Shown: piece by piece, positions 27,625-37,389 of the stretch
Layout of the letters: every line of letters starts with the position of its first letter
Position numbering within the stretch: position 1 is the first letter of the stretch
Virus record (IMG/VR): IMGVR_UViG_3300049182_000044
Location: 128,001-192,000 of that record
Origin: a virus
Taxonomy: Duplodnaviria; Caudoviricetes
Length of the DNA stretch: 64,000 nucleotides
Direction: 5' to 3' (one strand)
The notes under the pieces: model-generated
The model's database searches: none
What the model was told of the DNA's origin: nothing
What the model saw: the letters and a program-made list of their open reading frames with translations, nothing else
Made by a program: the position numbers and the translations under genes

Positions 27625-29264
27625 TTAATTGCCTTCACAATCTCTGGGCGTACTGCATCCCAGTCCAAGGTGGTATAGTCAAAGCCGTACTGGTTCACAC
27701 CCGCACCGACAACGTAACCGTTGACGATGATTGGGCTACCCGAAGTAAGTGGCAGGTAGAGCTGCGTGTCTTGCGCTGCACTGACTTGAACGATCTCTTG
27801 CGAAGTCCACCCGATGAGGTTCGCCCACTTGGTGTTTTCAACCCCACTACGAATCGAGTCATTGTCGAACAGACCGCCGATGACACCTTCTTCTGCTTCT
27901 GCTTTCCATTTCTCAGGATTAGCAGACCACCACCATTGAGTATCGTCGCGCTTCGTCCACATGGCGTGTTCTTCTGACCAGAACATGTCTGTGCCTACGA
28001 AGTTCAACATGCGACGGCCACCCAAGATAGGCATGTGATAGTCAACCACAGGTGTCGGCCCATTGACGCCCATTACCATATCGCCGACCTTAATGGTTTC
28101 AATGTTACTCCACGTGCCATCACCCATGAGTACCTGAGAGCCTGCTGGGAAGCAAGTGTTATCGGGCGGGTAGTATTGTGCAGGAATTTCTGTGCGAACG
28201 ATGTACGGAGGTTTCGGAGAAGCCGTAGCATTTGAAAGTGCGGGACCATCTGTTCCGAGTAACGTAGTCGACAGCAAAAGCACCCGTGCATAACCATCGG
28301 CACCTTTAGAACCCGCAGAGCCCCAAGCAGATTCAGAATCACCTTCCCATCTTGCGAACGTCCACCAAATTTGCGGATAGTTGTAGCGAGTTGCCAGAGA
28401 AGTCCAAGTAGGATCAGCCCAATAGCCACCGCTGCCGCCTGCGCCACCGAAACCATCACTCGCGCCACCTGCACCCGGTGCGATATTCTCACCAGTGTAG
28501 TACTGATTTGTAGCGAGGTCATACATTCCATACTGGCTAATCAGATACGGAGCTGTTTCAACCTTACCCAGTAGGTAAGCGCCACCTGTGTAGGACTCCC
28601 ACATATGCGCCCACTTTCCAGATTCGCCAGCAGGATAACCAGCACCACCTAAACCACCCGGAGATTCTGCCGCTTTTTTATCCTGTTCACCACCTGTACC
28701 ACCTGCGCCACCGCGACCACCATCTGCAGATGCGATGCCAACGATTGAAGTTGCACCACCATCAGCACCGGGATTTCCGTTACTGCCATGACGACCAGTA
28801 CCATCACCGCTAGGAACTTCATACCAGCTAACAGAAGCACCACCTGCGCCACCTGCACCAACAATAATTGTTAAAGTTGATCCCGGTGTTACATCAATCA
28901 CGCGATAAATAGTTTGACCTTTACCGCCTGCGCCACCGCCGCCGCCTGCAGTGCCGTTTGTCCAATCGTATTCACCGGCGCCGCCACCTGAACCGCCACC
29001 GCCCGAGCCACCGCGCAACGCGATTGCAGCTTTAGTTATGCCCGCAGGAATTGGAAGTGAATATGTACCGGGAACCGTGTACTCGAAATCGAGAGCCGGA
29101 TTGCCGTCAGCTGGCTTGCCGTAGAAGTCTGACAACAGCACAGTACCGCTCGGCTTCTGACACAGCGCGCGAGCGTCAGTGTCATTAAATGTTAAGGGGC
29201 CACCGCGTCCCAGCTGATCCAAGATCATCTGAAACGTCAGCGCCCCGCTTGTTGGGAGCGCCAT
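27621..29264 (-). CDS. Gly-rich distal adhesin (gp38-like) with a C-terminal Hint domain
   Basis: MALPTSG..SDFYGK N-terminus and polyglycine loops. CFPAGSQVLMGDG..IETIKVGD.V (Cys371) and SEEH are Hint motifs. Confidence 0.75.
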   Translation of the reverse strand: MALPTSGALTFQMILDQLGRGGPLTFNDTDARALCQKPSGTVLLSDFYGKPADGNPALDFEYTVPGTYSLPIPAGITKAAIALRGGSGGGGSGGGAGEYDWTNGTAGGGGGAGGKGQTIYRVIDVTPGSTLTIIVGAGGAGGASVSWYEVPSGDGTGRHGSNGNPGADGGATSIVGIASADGGRGGAGGTGGEQDKKAAESPGGLGGAGYPAGESGKWAHMWESYTGGAYLLGKVETAPYLISQYGMYDLATNQYYTGENIAPGAGGASDGFGGAGGSGGYWADPTWTSLATRYNYPQIWWTFARWEGDSESAWGSAGSKGADGYARVLLLSTTLLGTDGPALSNATASPKPPYIVRTEIPAQYYPPDNTCFPAGSQVLMGDGTWSNIETIKVGDMVMGVNGPTPVVDYHMPILGGRRMLNFVGTDMFWSEEHAMWTKRDDTQWWWSANPEKWKAEAEEGVIGGLFDNDSIRSGVENTKWANLIGWTSQEIVQVSAAQDTQLYLPLTSGSPIIVNGYVVGAGVNQYGFDYTTLDWDAVRPEIVKAIK

Positions 29265-29266
29265 TC

Positions 29267-29953
29267 TTACTCTCCTTTCAGTGTAGCAACTTCTTTGCGA
29301 AGGATATGGATTTCCTCGTGCAGTTCTTTGAAGGCCTCAACAAACAGGCCTGCAAGGTTGCCGTAGGCAAGGCTCAGCTTGCCATCTGCATCTTCCGACA
29401 CAGCTTCCGGCAACACCTTCTGAACGTGCTGCGCGATCAAGCCTGTCTGACGCAAGCCTTCAACGTCGGTACGATCATAGGTGCAGCCGAGCAATTCAGT
29501 AATGCGCGCCATAGCATTGTCGATGCGAACGATGTTGGTCTTAACGCGCTCGTCCGACAAGCCGGAGATGTTGCCATTGACGGTCATACCGTTGGTCGGT
29601 TGTCCGAAAGTGATCTGACGCTGGCCGCCAATCGACACGCCGATAACACCGTCTGCCACCCAGTGGAAGCCCGTGTCTTTGACCAGGTCTTCGTCGAACG
29701 TGATGCCAGGTTGAGCTGCAGTTCCAGATGCAACCAGCAAGCGACCCGTCATCGTGTCACCAGCCTTGTTCACCGGAACATATCCGAGAGCGTCAGTGAT
29801 CATGTCAGCCGTAATGCTGGTAATGCCATCTGTTCCAACTTGAACGCTCTTTGTCGAGCCGTCACTTAGAGTGAACGTCGCGGTCGATCCGGAGACGGTA
29901 ACATCTTTGATGACCGGCGTCGCCAGCATACGTAAGTCAAGTTTCGTAGTCAT
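29267..29953 (-). CDS. Tail fibre with peptidase S74 intramolecular chaperone
   Basis: SDERVKTNI, GLIAQHVQKVLPEAV, Y..L....VEAFKEL coiled-coil end; NKAGDTMTG module. Confidence 0.85.
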   Translation of the reverse strand: MTTKLDLRMLATPVIKDVTVSGSTATFTLSDGSTKSVQVGTDGITSITADMITDALGYVPVNKAGDTMTGRLLVASGTAAQPGITFDEDLVKDTGFHWVADGVIGVSIGGQRQITFGQPTNGMTVNGNISGLSDERVKTNIVRIDNAMARITELLGCTYDRTDVEGLRQTGLIAQHVQKVLPEAVSEDADGKLSLAYGNLAGLFVEAFKELHEEIHILRKEVATLKGE

Positions 29954-29968
29954 TTCTTAGTTCTCCAA

Positions 29969-30430
29969 TTAGCTTGGGTTGAATTCGTCTCGGAACGCAT
30001 GAGCTACGTATGCGGGACCGTCTTGAGTGTTGTTCGGTACGAAGACCATTTCTTTCGGATAGGTTTTCTTCACAGCTGCGATTTGTTCAGCCATAGCTAG
30101 AGCTTCTGACGTAAGGAGCTCCGGCTTAGCAGTCAAAAGCTTCCACAAAACATCCAGCTGATCGCCGATGCTTGGGTATTCAGGCTTTCGAGCTACTGTA
30201 TGCGTAACCACAACTTCATCAGTCGTTTCGCTTACAGGAGCCTCACCTAGATGAACGCTCTCGCCCATGTTGATTACCTGTGCGTCAACCATTTCAGGGT
30301 TGCAGCGTCCTGCACGGATGACATTGCCGTTCTCGCCTGTCACGTAGTACGCTACTGAACGATCACTAGCTGCACCTTGATTTTCTTCAGAAGGCCCTTT
30401 CGGGCCCCCTACGTTTGCTGTCGTAGACAT
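29969..30430 (-). CDS. Putative tail fibre assembly/chaperone protein
   Basis: RKPEYPSIGDQLD..W...IAAVKKTYPK motif typical of fibre-adjacent phage genes; likely start 30430. Confidence 0.5.
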   Translation of the reverse strand: MSTTANVGGPKGPSEENQGAASDRSVAYYVTGENGNVIRAGRCNPEMVDAQVINMGESVHLGEAPVSETTDEVVVTHTVARKPEYPSIGDQLDVLWKLLTAKPELLTSEALAMAEQIAAVKKTYPKEMVFVPNNTQDGPAYVAHAFRDEFNPS

Positions 30431-30444
30431 TGTTTCTCCTAACA

Positions 30445-33400
30445 TTAACGACGAGTTTCAAGCATAGCCATGGCCATGTTACGCACCGAATAGTTCTCGT
30501 ATGTGAAGGTCGAAGTGTTTGTACCTTTCGACATGCACAGCGATAACGTGTACGTACCAGCTGGAACGCCTGTGAACACACCCATAGCATTCATCGACAG
30601 GGTGTAGCCTGGTCCGACGTTGTTATTCATCACACCAGTCACATACGTTCCATTTGGGCCAGACAGTTTGAACGCTGAAACGCACTCTGTGAAGTTCGTA
30701 TTGTGCTTCCAGTACGTTCCCCAGTAGTACATGTCAAAGTTCGACGACGTGCTAGCTTTCGTACCGCAACCAGACCAGCTCGCCCATACCATGATTGGCT
30801 GCGTACCCGTTACGGTAACAACCATTTGCAGGACTGGGTTTGAAGTTGGGTCCGGCATATCCAAAACAGGATTGTTCGGACCTGAGAGCGTAATGTTCGT
30901 CTGCGTCTTGACCGGCTGCGTCGCTACTTGTGCTTGAGTCACCGCGTTGTTGTCAATGTTCAAGGTCTTAACAGCGAGATTATCAATCGCACCGTTGTAG
31001 GCCGTGATCGAACGCGCTGCCATTGCCAAAGCCGTGACTGATCCGTCCACGAGCATGTTCCCATCGACCTTCATGTCGAGGATACGCCACGCAGTGCCAT
31101 CCCAGAAACGAGTCTGAGAGAAGCTGTTGCTGTACTGCATGACGGTATCACCGATGATCGGGCCGCTTTCAACTTGAGCTGCGGTCGTCGCAGAAGCATC
31201 ATTCCAGTTAGTACGACCTGAAATGTAGAAGTTACGCGAACCACGCTTACCATCTGAACCCGGCGAGCCTGCACCGGAAGAGCCTTTGATCTTCGTCAGT
31301 GAGAAGCGACGCACCAGAGTAGGCATACCCGCTTTCGACGCGGTGAGAGTAACGTCACCAGTATCGTTATTGCTGGAGAAGCCTGTGACGCTGACCGATG
31401 CCCCACTCAACGTAGAGGTCACTCCCGCGCTATCAGTTTTAGTGATAGTCCAGGTATTGGTCGTGTCAGTCGAGCCTTCAAACACACGAATCGTCGAACG
31501 AGCACCGGTGAAGTTCGTCACCACACCAGCCGTGCTAGCTGCAAACACGAATGCCTCGTTGTCCAACGCCGCGAAGACTGCGTTGCGGCCATCGATACCG
31601 TTCGTACCATTCAAACCCGTCTTCGATTTGGCCACTGAGAAGCGCTTCATCAACGCTGGGTACTCGGCACGCGACGCCATGATGTCCACGTAGCCGTTGT
31701 CAACTGACATTGCGGTAATGCGAACCGTATTGGCACTGATCGTGCTAGTGACACCTGCCGAGCTAGAACGAGTGAACGTCCACAGATCGGTTACGTCATT
31801 CGCACCTTCATACACCCGCATTTGGGTCATCGCCGAAGCGAAGTCACCAACCACACCGTTAATATCAGCAGCAAGCGTATGCGATTCGTTGGTCAACAAC
31901 GTAGTCAAGCCATTAGAACCTTCACGCAGCTTGACAATCGTGACGTAGTCCAAGTACGTGGTGCCACCAGTGGTGATAGCTGCACGAATTGTAACCGCAT
32001 CGCTGGTCATGTCCTCATACAGCAGCGTAGCAACGTTTCCGTTAGTAGCCAGCACAGCCGCACCATCATAGGCCACGAATGAAGCATCCCCCGGGATGTT
32101 TTGCGGGTTTACCGTGAACGTGATCTGTTCAGGTGTCGAAGTGCCGTCTGCGTTGATACGGAAGATCTGCGACGTAGCGTTCAGGAACAAGGCCTTAGCG
32201 TCTTCCCCTGTGCCACCTGGATCGGTAGGATCAATTCCACCACCTTCATTTGCTCCACCGCCTGGGCCACCTGTACCGCCAAACGACAAGGACATGATTT
32301 CGTCACGAGTCATGTAGCGTTGCGAAAGCTCTTCGCGCGTAATCAGACGTGTCTTCGACTTACCTGTGAGGAATACGATTGCGGTTGCTTTGACCCCATC
32401 TTCCTTGTCGATGCCGGGGATGATGAACTTGTACTGGTTGGTATTCGACACGTTGTAGTCGGTACCCATCTGCATCACAGTGTTGCCAAACAACAGCGTG
32501 TTGTTCTCATTACCCACATCGAGAACCGGAACCGCATCGTAGAACGCATGGCGATAGTCCGACTGCCCACGCTTCAAGTTGAATTGCGAGAAGATAATCG
32601 CGTTGCAGTACTCCTTACGCGGCTTCGAGATGTAACGCCATACTTCCACCTTAGAGCCAACTGGATGCTGCTCTGCAAACACAATCGTGCCGGACGAAGC
32701 GTTGTACTGAGAAGCGTGAACGTACAGGCCACCTACTGAAATAATGTGTGCCTGTACGGAAGCACCTGCAGGAACTTCCGTGAGCGTGTACGTCTGCGTA
32801 TTAGCGGCAATCGTGAACTGAGTACGATCACAGATCAACTCCTCACCGTCGTCTTCAACAGCCTCGAAAGCAACAATGTCGATTTCGTAGCCATCTGGTA
32901 CAAACTGAGGCAGCGTAACAGTGCCGTTTGTCTTGTTCACCACGTTCAGCATCGGGTCTTGCAGCTGACCGCCCACGAACACCATTGCAAAGTCAGGACT
33001 CAAACCTGCGCTGTAGGTACGCGTAGCACCATTACCTACGAAGGTCGAGCGAGCCGAAATGATCTTGTTCGGGTACATATAGACGCCAGCAGGATCGACC
33101 CACTGAGGACCCGTATTCAGACCCAACGTTTCGCGTGCTTCGAGTTCAAGCGCTTCATTGACGAACGCGACTACTACGATCTTCGCACCGGCAGGAACCG
33201 TAACAGAGCTGCGAATCTCGATCTCGTTGACCGACACTTCGTACTTGTCTTTGGCGAGAAGCACGCCGTCAATCGTGACCAACGTGTTGCGCTTTTCAAC
33301 GTACAGAACGTCATTGAGCACAATCGGCTCAACCGGAGACGCTGCTACAACTTCCTTGCGTAGCGCACGGGTCGATGCACCAAGCTCTTCAAAGTTCACG

Positions 33401-34791
33401 TACTGAACGATGCTGACATTACCGATAGGTGCCGCTTCGGTGAACGTAATGGAGGTACCTGCGAAGATGTACCTGTTCGGGGAAACGAGCAAGCCATCAA
33501 CGAACACCATGATGTAGAGCGTGCTGTCTGGCACAACTGATGTGAAGAATTCCCAGTCTGATCCGTCAGCCACATACTCAGTCGTAGCAAACGTCAAGAA
33601 TGAACCGTTACTAGGAACACTACGGAAGCCTACGAACTCAACTGGAACTCCAGCTGCAGGAGCCGCACCCAACAGTGTAAGTTCACCATCAAGCGCCATG
33701 CTGTATTCGTTGCGGTTCAACAGCTTGCCGCCGACGAACACCATGTAGCGATCGCCTTGCTCAAACACGCTGCTTGGAATCGAAGCCGACAGCCGGAACG
33801 TCAAGCGTGCACCGTTACCTGTGAAGCTAGCCTTAACTGGAATGTAGTCAGCCGAAACGTTCTGATCTTCTTCACCGACACGGCGCCACGTATTGCGTCC
33901 GACACCGAGAACGTAGTTACGATCAATGTCAGACGTACGCGACGGCAACTGCTGGCGAGTTGCACGCCAGATGTTGATGATCGACTGCTTGGTGAGCGTG
34001 CTGAAGTTCTTTTCGAGGATCGTGAAGTAGTTCGTCTCTTTATCGAAACGTACACGACGCGATTCACCCGCGCCAGGGCCAGACACGATTTGCACGATCA
34101 CTACTTCCTGATCGTTCAGCCAGAAGCCACCTGTCTTCTCAACGTCGAGTATAAACTCATCTACTGCAGGAACATCTTCTACCTCGCCGTGATAGGTGAG
34201 ATCATAACCAAGGAAGCCCCAGTTGAGCGAGCCTGCACCATAACGAACAGCCAGGCTACCCGAAGTCAATATCAAGTTGTTTTCAGGATTGGTGGATTGA
34301 TCTTGCACGACCACCGCATTGGTGTACGACGACTGAGGCTTAACCAGTGTACGAACGCTAGCAGCAGAAGCCAGTGAAGCATTTGTTCCAACTGTGACAT
34401 TGATAACGTCACCCAGGCGAGCTGCGGTCACGTAAATGTACAGCTTCATGCCGTTGCCAACTTCTTTGACATACGGTACACGGAACGTTCCGTGTGCGAA
34501 CAGTTCCCCGCTCTCGAGGTACAGACCTACTTCGGTCAACGTCCAAGTACCACCAGCGATAGGCTCTTTAGACGGAATGAGAAGTGAGACCTTGACAGTG
34601 GACGCACTGACTACTTCGATAGACTCAACTTCACCCGCGTACACTGGATCTTGTGTCAGAGCGATGTCTCCAACGCTCAGCGTAACATCTGGTGCTTCAG
34701 TGACTGCGAATCGCGTCATGTTGACAAGGAATCCGCCAGCCTCAGCATTAGTGATTGCACTAAGCCCAAGGTCGGTTACTAAAATCGCCAT
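30445..34791 (-). CDS. Long proximal tail fibre/baseplate-attached protein
   Basis: N-terminal T..G....LTEVGLY...GELFA collar-type domain, repeated MVFVGG..Q/L modules, two LxNExxxxxAxxxGxV repeats; likely start MAILVT at 34791. Confidence 0.7.
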   Translation of the reverse strand: MAILVTDLGLSAITNAEAGGFLVNMTRFAVTEAPDVTLSVGDIALTQDPVYAGEVESIEVVSASTVKVSLLIPSKEPIAGGTWTLTEVGLYLESGELFAHGTFRVPYVKEVGNGMKLYIYVTAARLGDVINVTVGTNASLASAASVRTLVKPQSSYTNAVVVQDQSTNPENNLILTSGSLAVRYGAGSLNWGFLGYDLTYHGEVEDVPAVDEFILDVEKTGGFWLNDQEVVIVQIVSGPGAGESRRVRFDKETNYFTILEKNFSTLTKQSIINIWRATRQQLPSRTSDIDRNYVLGVGRNTWRRVGEEDQNVSADYIPVKASFTGNGARLTFRLSASIPSSVFEQGDRYMVFVGGKLLNRNEYSMALDGELTLLGAAPAAGVPVEFVGFRSVPSNGSFLTFATTEYVADGSDWEFFTSVVPDSTLYIMVFVDGLLVSPNRYIFAGTSITFTEAAPIGNVSIVQYVNFEELGASTRALRKEVVAASPVEPIVLNDVLYVEKRNTLVTIDGVLLAKDKYEVSVNEIEIRSSVTVPAGAKIVVVAFVNEALELEARETLGLNTGPQWVDPAGVYMYPNKIISARSTFVGNGATRTYSAGLSPDFAMVFVGGQLQDPMLNVVNKTNGTVTLPQFVPDGYEIDIVAFEAVEDDGEELICDRTQFTIAANTQTYTLTEVPAGASVQAHIISVGGLYVHASQYNASSGTIVFAEQHPVGSKVEVWRYISKPRKEYCNAIIFSQFNLKRGQSDYRHAFYDAVPVLDVGNENNTLLFGNTVMQMGTDYNVSNTNQYKFIIPGIDKEDGVKATAIVFLTGKSKTRLITREELSQRYMTRDEIMSLSFGGTGGPGGGANEGGGIDPTDPGGTGEDAKALFLNATSQIFRINADGTSTPEQITFTVNPQNIPGDASFVAYDGAAVLATNGNVATLLYEDMTSDAVTIRAAITTGGTTYLDYVTIVKLREGSNGLTTLLTNESHTLAADINGVVGDFASAMTQMRVYEGANDVTDLWTFTRSSSAGVTSTISANTVRITAMSVDNGYVDIMASRAEYPALMKRFSVAKSKTGLNGTNGIDGRNAVFAALDNEAFVFAASTAGVVTNFTGARSTIRVFEGSTDTTNTWTITKTDSAGVTSTLSGASVSVTGFSSNNDTGDVTLTASKAGMPTLVRRFSLTKIKGSSGAGSPGSDGKRGSRNFYISGRTNWNDASATTAAQVESGPIIGDTVMQYSNSFSQTRFWDGTAWRILDMKVDGNMLVDGSVTALAMAARSITAYNGAIDNLAVKTLNIDNNAVTQAQVATQPVKTQTNITLSGPNNPVLDMPDPTSNPVLQMVVTVTGTQPIMVWASWSGCGTKASTSSNFDMYYWGTYWKHNTNFTECVSAFKLSGPNGTYVTGVMNNNVGPGYTLSMNAMGVFTGVPAGTYTLSLCMSKGTNTSTFTYENYSVRNMAMAMLETRR

Positions 34792-34805
34792 TATAGACTC
34801 CAATC

Positions 34806-35468
34806 TTATTCAATAGTTATGTGATCTTCCCTGAACGGCCCTGCCGCACCGAAAGCGATATCTGACGTAGGAAACACCTCAATCAGATTGAATCGCTCGA
34901 TAACGAGTGCCGCTGGTGCGAAATCGTAGAATAGCTCTTTGATTCGTCCGATCAGCGAAACGCCTGGGCCGAGCTGAAGCTCTTCAAGTCCGAGAAGTGC
35001 TACGCCAAGCTCGATATGCGTTGTTTTAAACCAGACTCCACCTTCATCGACCAGTGGACCTTGCGGTTCGAGATAGAAGTTGACGTAGTCTTTCGTGTAC
35101 AGGTTTTCGACTTCCGTTGTAGCGTTCAGCACCAGGTCGATGAACTTGACGAATATCTCAGTACCATTTGAATCCGGGTACATCGAAAGCTGCGTAGCGA
35201 TCTTCGTCAAATTATCGGCATTTAGATTCAGAACGTCTTGCGTCAAGTCGAAGCCTAGCAGTCGCGCCGTGTACTGGAGGATGTTGTCATCCGAATTTTC
35301 GCCGATGAAGCGAATCTTCTCTAACTGTGCAACTGGATTCTCGACGTTCGTGTCCATAACCTGGGCAAACACGTCAAGCATGTCTGCCCAGGTAGGGTTA
35401 CTGGTAACAATCGGTACGGCTAGATCAAGCAAGTCGGCCTGCGGTTTATCCAGAAAGTCATCTGCCAT
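34806..35468 (-). CDS. Baseplate wedge subunit (gp7 / P2 gpI-like)
   Basis: Position after the gp6-like gene; ARLLGFD motif; ends with a PA...I motif. Confidence 0.5.
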   Translation of the reverse strand: MADDFLDKPQADLLDLAVPIVTSNPTWADMLDVFAQVMDTNVENPVAQLEKIRFIGENSDDNILQYTARLLGFDLTQDVLNLNADNLTKIATQLSMYPDSNGTEIFVKFIDLVLNATTEVENLYTKDYVNFYLEPQGPLVDEGGVWFKTTHIELGVALLGLEELQLGPGVSLIGRIKELFYDFAPAALVIERFNLIEVFPTSDIAFGAAGPFREDHITIE

Positions 35469-36928
35469 TATCGCCTCGACATAGCTGAAGGAGCACGCTC
35501 AGTGTATCGAGCACTAATGCTCAAAGTTCCTAACTCGAAGTACGCCAGTGGATCATGCTTTCCATCCTCGTCTAGTGCGACGAGGTCTTCCATTGGCTCT
35601 GCGATCTCCATGTAGTCAACATCAATCGTAGCGCAATCCATAATGTCGTACAACGAAACACGCTTGCCCAGTGTATCGGTCGTGCGATTGAACAGTGCCC
35701 GGATGTTTGCTTCAACTACTGGCACAACTTCTTCAGGCATCGCATTGGCTTTTAGAGCCAGCGTAACGTCAATGTCACGCACGATCTTCCTTGGGTTGAA
35801 CTTCTGAATCTTGATTGCAGCATGAGACTTCGTTCCGAACCACTCTAAGAATGATTCCCATTCGCTATCGGAGAAAGCCTCTCCCTCTTCAGGAAGAATG
35901 CAGATACGAATCACGTTCATCCAACGAAGGTCTTTTGGAGCAATGTCCTTCTGCGCCTGAATGGTCACCGACGCAACACCTGGATACGAGGATGTGATTG
36001 CTCGATAGTCCGGAGGATTCACTGCGCGCTTACGTGCCTTGTAGAGATGCGGTGCCAGGAATTTGTAGTAGGTCGAATCTTTTTGATCTGCTCCACCCGA
36101 AATTACGCTCGTCGTTACACCTTGAATGTCAGGCGCTGTACTAAGCTGAATTTCAAGACCACGGCCACCGTTGTTGCCCACACGACCGTTAGTCGTAGTG
36201 TACGTGATGACGATGTTACTGCCGATTGACGGGAGACGGCCTGAATGCCCGTCACCGAACGCCAACACCGTGTCACCCAAGCCTGACGTAGCATCGTAGT
36301 ACACAGGATCATCTGGCCCGGCTGTCCAGATACCGTCGTCGATCACTTCCCACAGCTCACTTGTGTTAAGCGATGGGTTGACCAGCTCGACTTGAACGTC
36401 TGTATTCGATACGATGAATCCTGGCTCATTGAGATAAATTTCGCGGAACGAAGTCGAATCAGCTGGAATGGTTTGCGTCTTCACAGTGCCTTCAAACAGC
36501 TTGCCATCTGCCGTGGTTGCCCCAGCATTGAACATAATGGCGTTGCGATTGAAGAACGGCTGCCCGTTGACAGTGAACTGCGTGAACTTGGGTATTAAGC
36601 GCGGATAGGCCGAATCGCCTCCACGACTCAGCCTAACATCACATCCAGCAGGATTCTTTCGATTGATACGCACACCCAACATACGGGTGATCGCGTAGAT
36701 CGAGCTTTCACGAACAGCGGTATGAAGGAAGCCTTCACGCGCTGCAACTTCAACTGCGAATTGGTTAAATGTGCCAACCGCAGCCATCATTTCGATCAAC
36801 GTTTGACCAGTGGACGAGGTAAGCAAGTCGTTCCACGTTGCGCGTGAGTTCAGGAACAGCTGCAACTGAACAACCAAGGACTCGAAGTCTGGTTTCGTTT
36901 GCGATAGTTGTAATGGTACGCCAGCCAC
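35468..36928 (-). CDS. Baseplate wedge protein (T4 gp6 / baseplate J-like)
   Basis: PDFESL..QL, STGQTLIE, A.RESS..I...G, SGGAD, RAV..DY motifs. Confidence 0.8.
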   Translation of the reverse strand: MAGVPLQLSQTKPDFESLVVQLQLFLNSRATWNDLLTSSTGQTLIEMMAAVGTFNQFAVEVAAREGFLHTAVRESSIYAITRMLGVRINRKNPAGCDVRLSRGGDSAYPRLIPKFTQFTVNGQPFFNRNAIMFNAGATTADGKLFEGTVKTQTIPADSTSFREIYLNEPGFIVSNTDVQVELVNPSLNTSELWEVIDDGIWTAGPDDPVYYDATSGLGDTVLAFGDGHSGRLPSIGSNIVITYTTTNGRVGNNGGRGLEIQLSTAPDIQGVTTSVISGGADQKDSTYYKFLAPHLYKARKRAVNPPDYRAITSSYPGVASVTIQAQKDIAPKDLRWMNVIRICILPEEGEAFSDSEWESFLEWFGTKSHAAIKIQKFNPRKIVRDIDVTLALKANAMPEEVVPVVEANIRALFNRTTDTLGKRVSLYDIMDCATIDVDYMEIAEPMEDLVALDEDGKHDPLAYFELGTLSISARYTERAPSAMSRR

Positions 36929-36930
36929 GT

Positions 36931-37338
36931 TTATCCTCCGCTCTTCAAGTTAAAAGTGAACGACGCCGTCTTGTTTCCAAGTGCCGGGATGACGTACACC
37001 AACTCGACGTAATATTGTTGATTCGGGTAATCGGGGAGTACCTCAGCCTTTTTCAGGATGATGCGGTTCTCCCACCGCTCAATCGCTTCGATCAGTTCGC
37101 GCTTGATGCGCAAAACCGTCATGTCGTCCATTGGGTCAAACAGGATGTCCTGTAGCTCGGACCCGAAGTCTCTGCGAAACACTCGCGAAAACTTCTTCGT
37201 ACCAAGGATCGTGATGATCGACTTGTTGATCGAGTCCTCGTTATAAACAAGCTCCAAAGGACTCTCGGTATTGACGTCTAGGTTGACGTCTGAAAACACC
37301 ACCGAAGTAGCGTTCTTTGTAGCAGTTAGGATTTCCAT
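36931..37338 (-). CDS. Baseplate wedge gp25-like protein
   Basis: SI.KSI.TIL.T...R.FR.DFGS.L..LFDP...IERWE.RI. Confidence 0.85.
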   Translation of the reverse strand: MEILTATKNATSVVFSDVNLDVNTESPLELVYNEDSINKSIITILGTKKFSRVFRRDFGSELQDILFDPMDDMTVLRIKRELIEAIERWENRIILKKAEVLPDYPNQQYYVELVYVIPALGNKTASFTFNLKSGG

Positions 37339-37370
37339 TTGACACCCTAATACGTTTTCTTCACATACCC

Positions 37371-37382
37371 TAAATTACGATA
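37371..37382 (-). promoter_or_regulatory. Candidate late promoter motif TATCGTAATTTA
   Basis: Same motif about 28-34 nt upstream of several structural genes. Confidence 0.4.
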
Positions 37383-37389
37383 AGCGACT

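Noticed and set aside
27621-28154. Classical splicing intein
   Set aside because: No C-terminal His-Asn plus nucleophile and essentially no C-extein; treated as a cleavage/ligation-type Hint instead.
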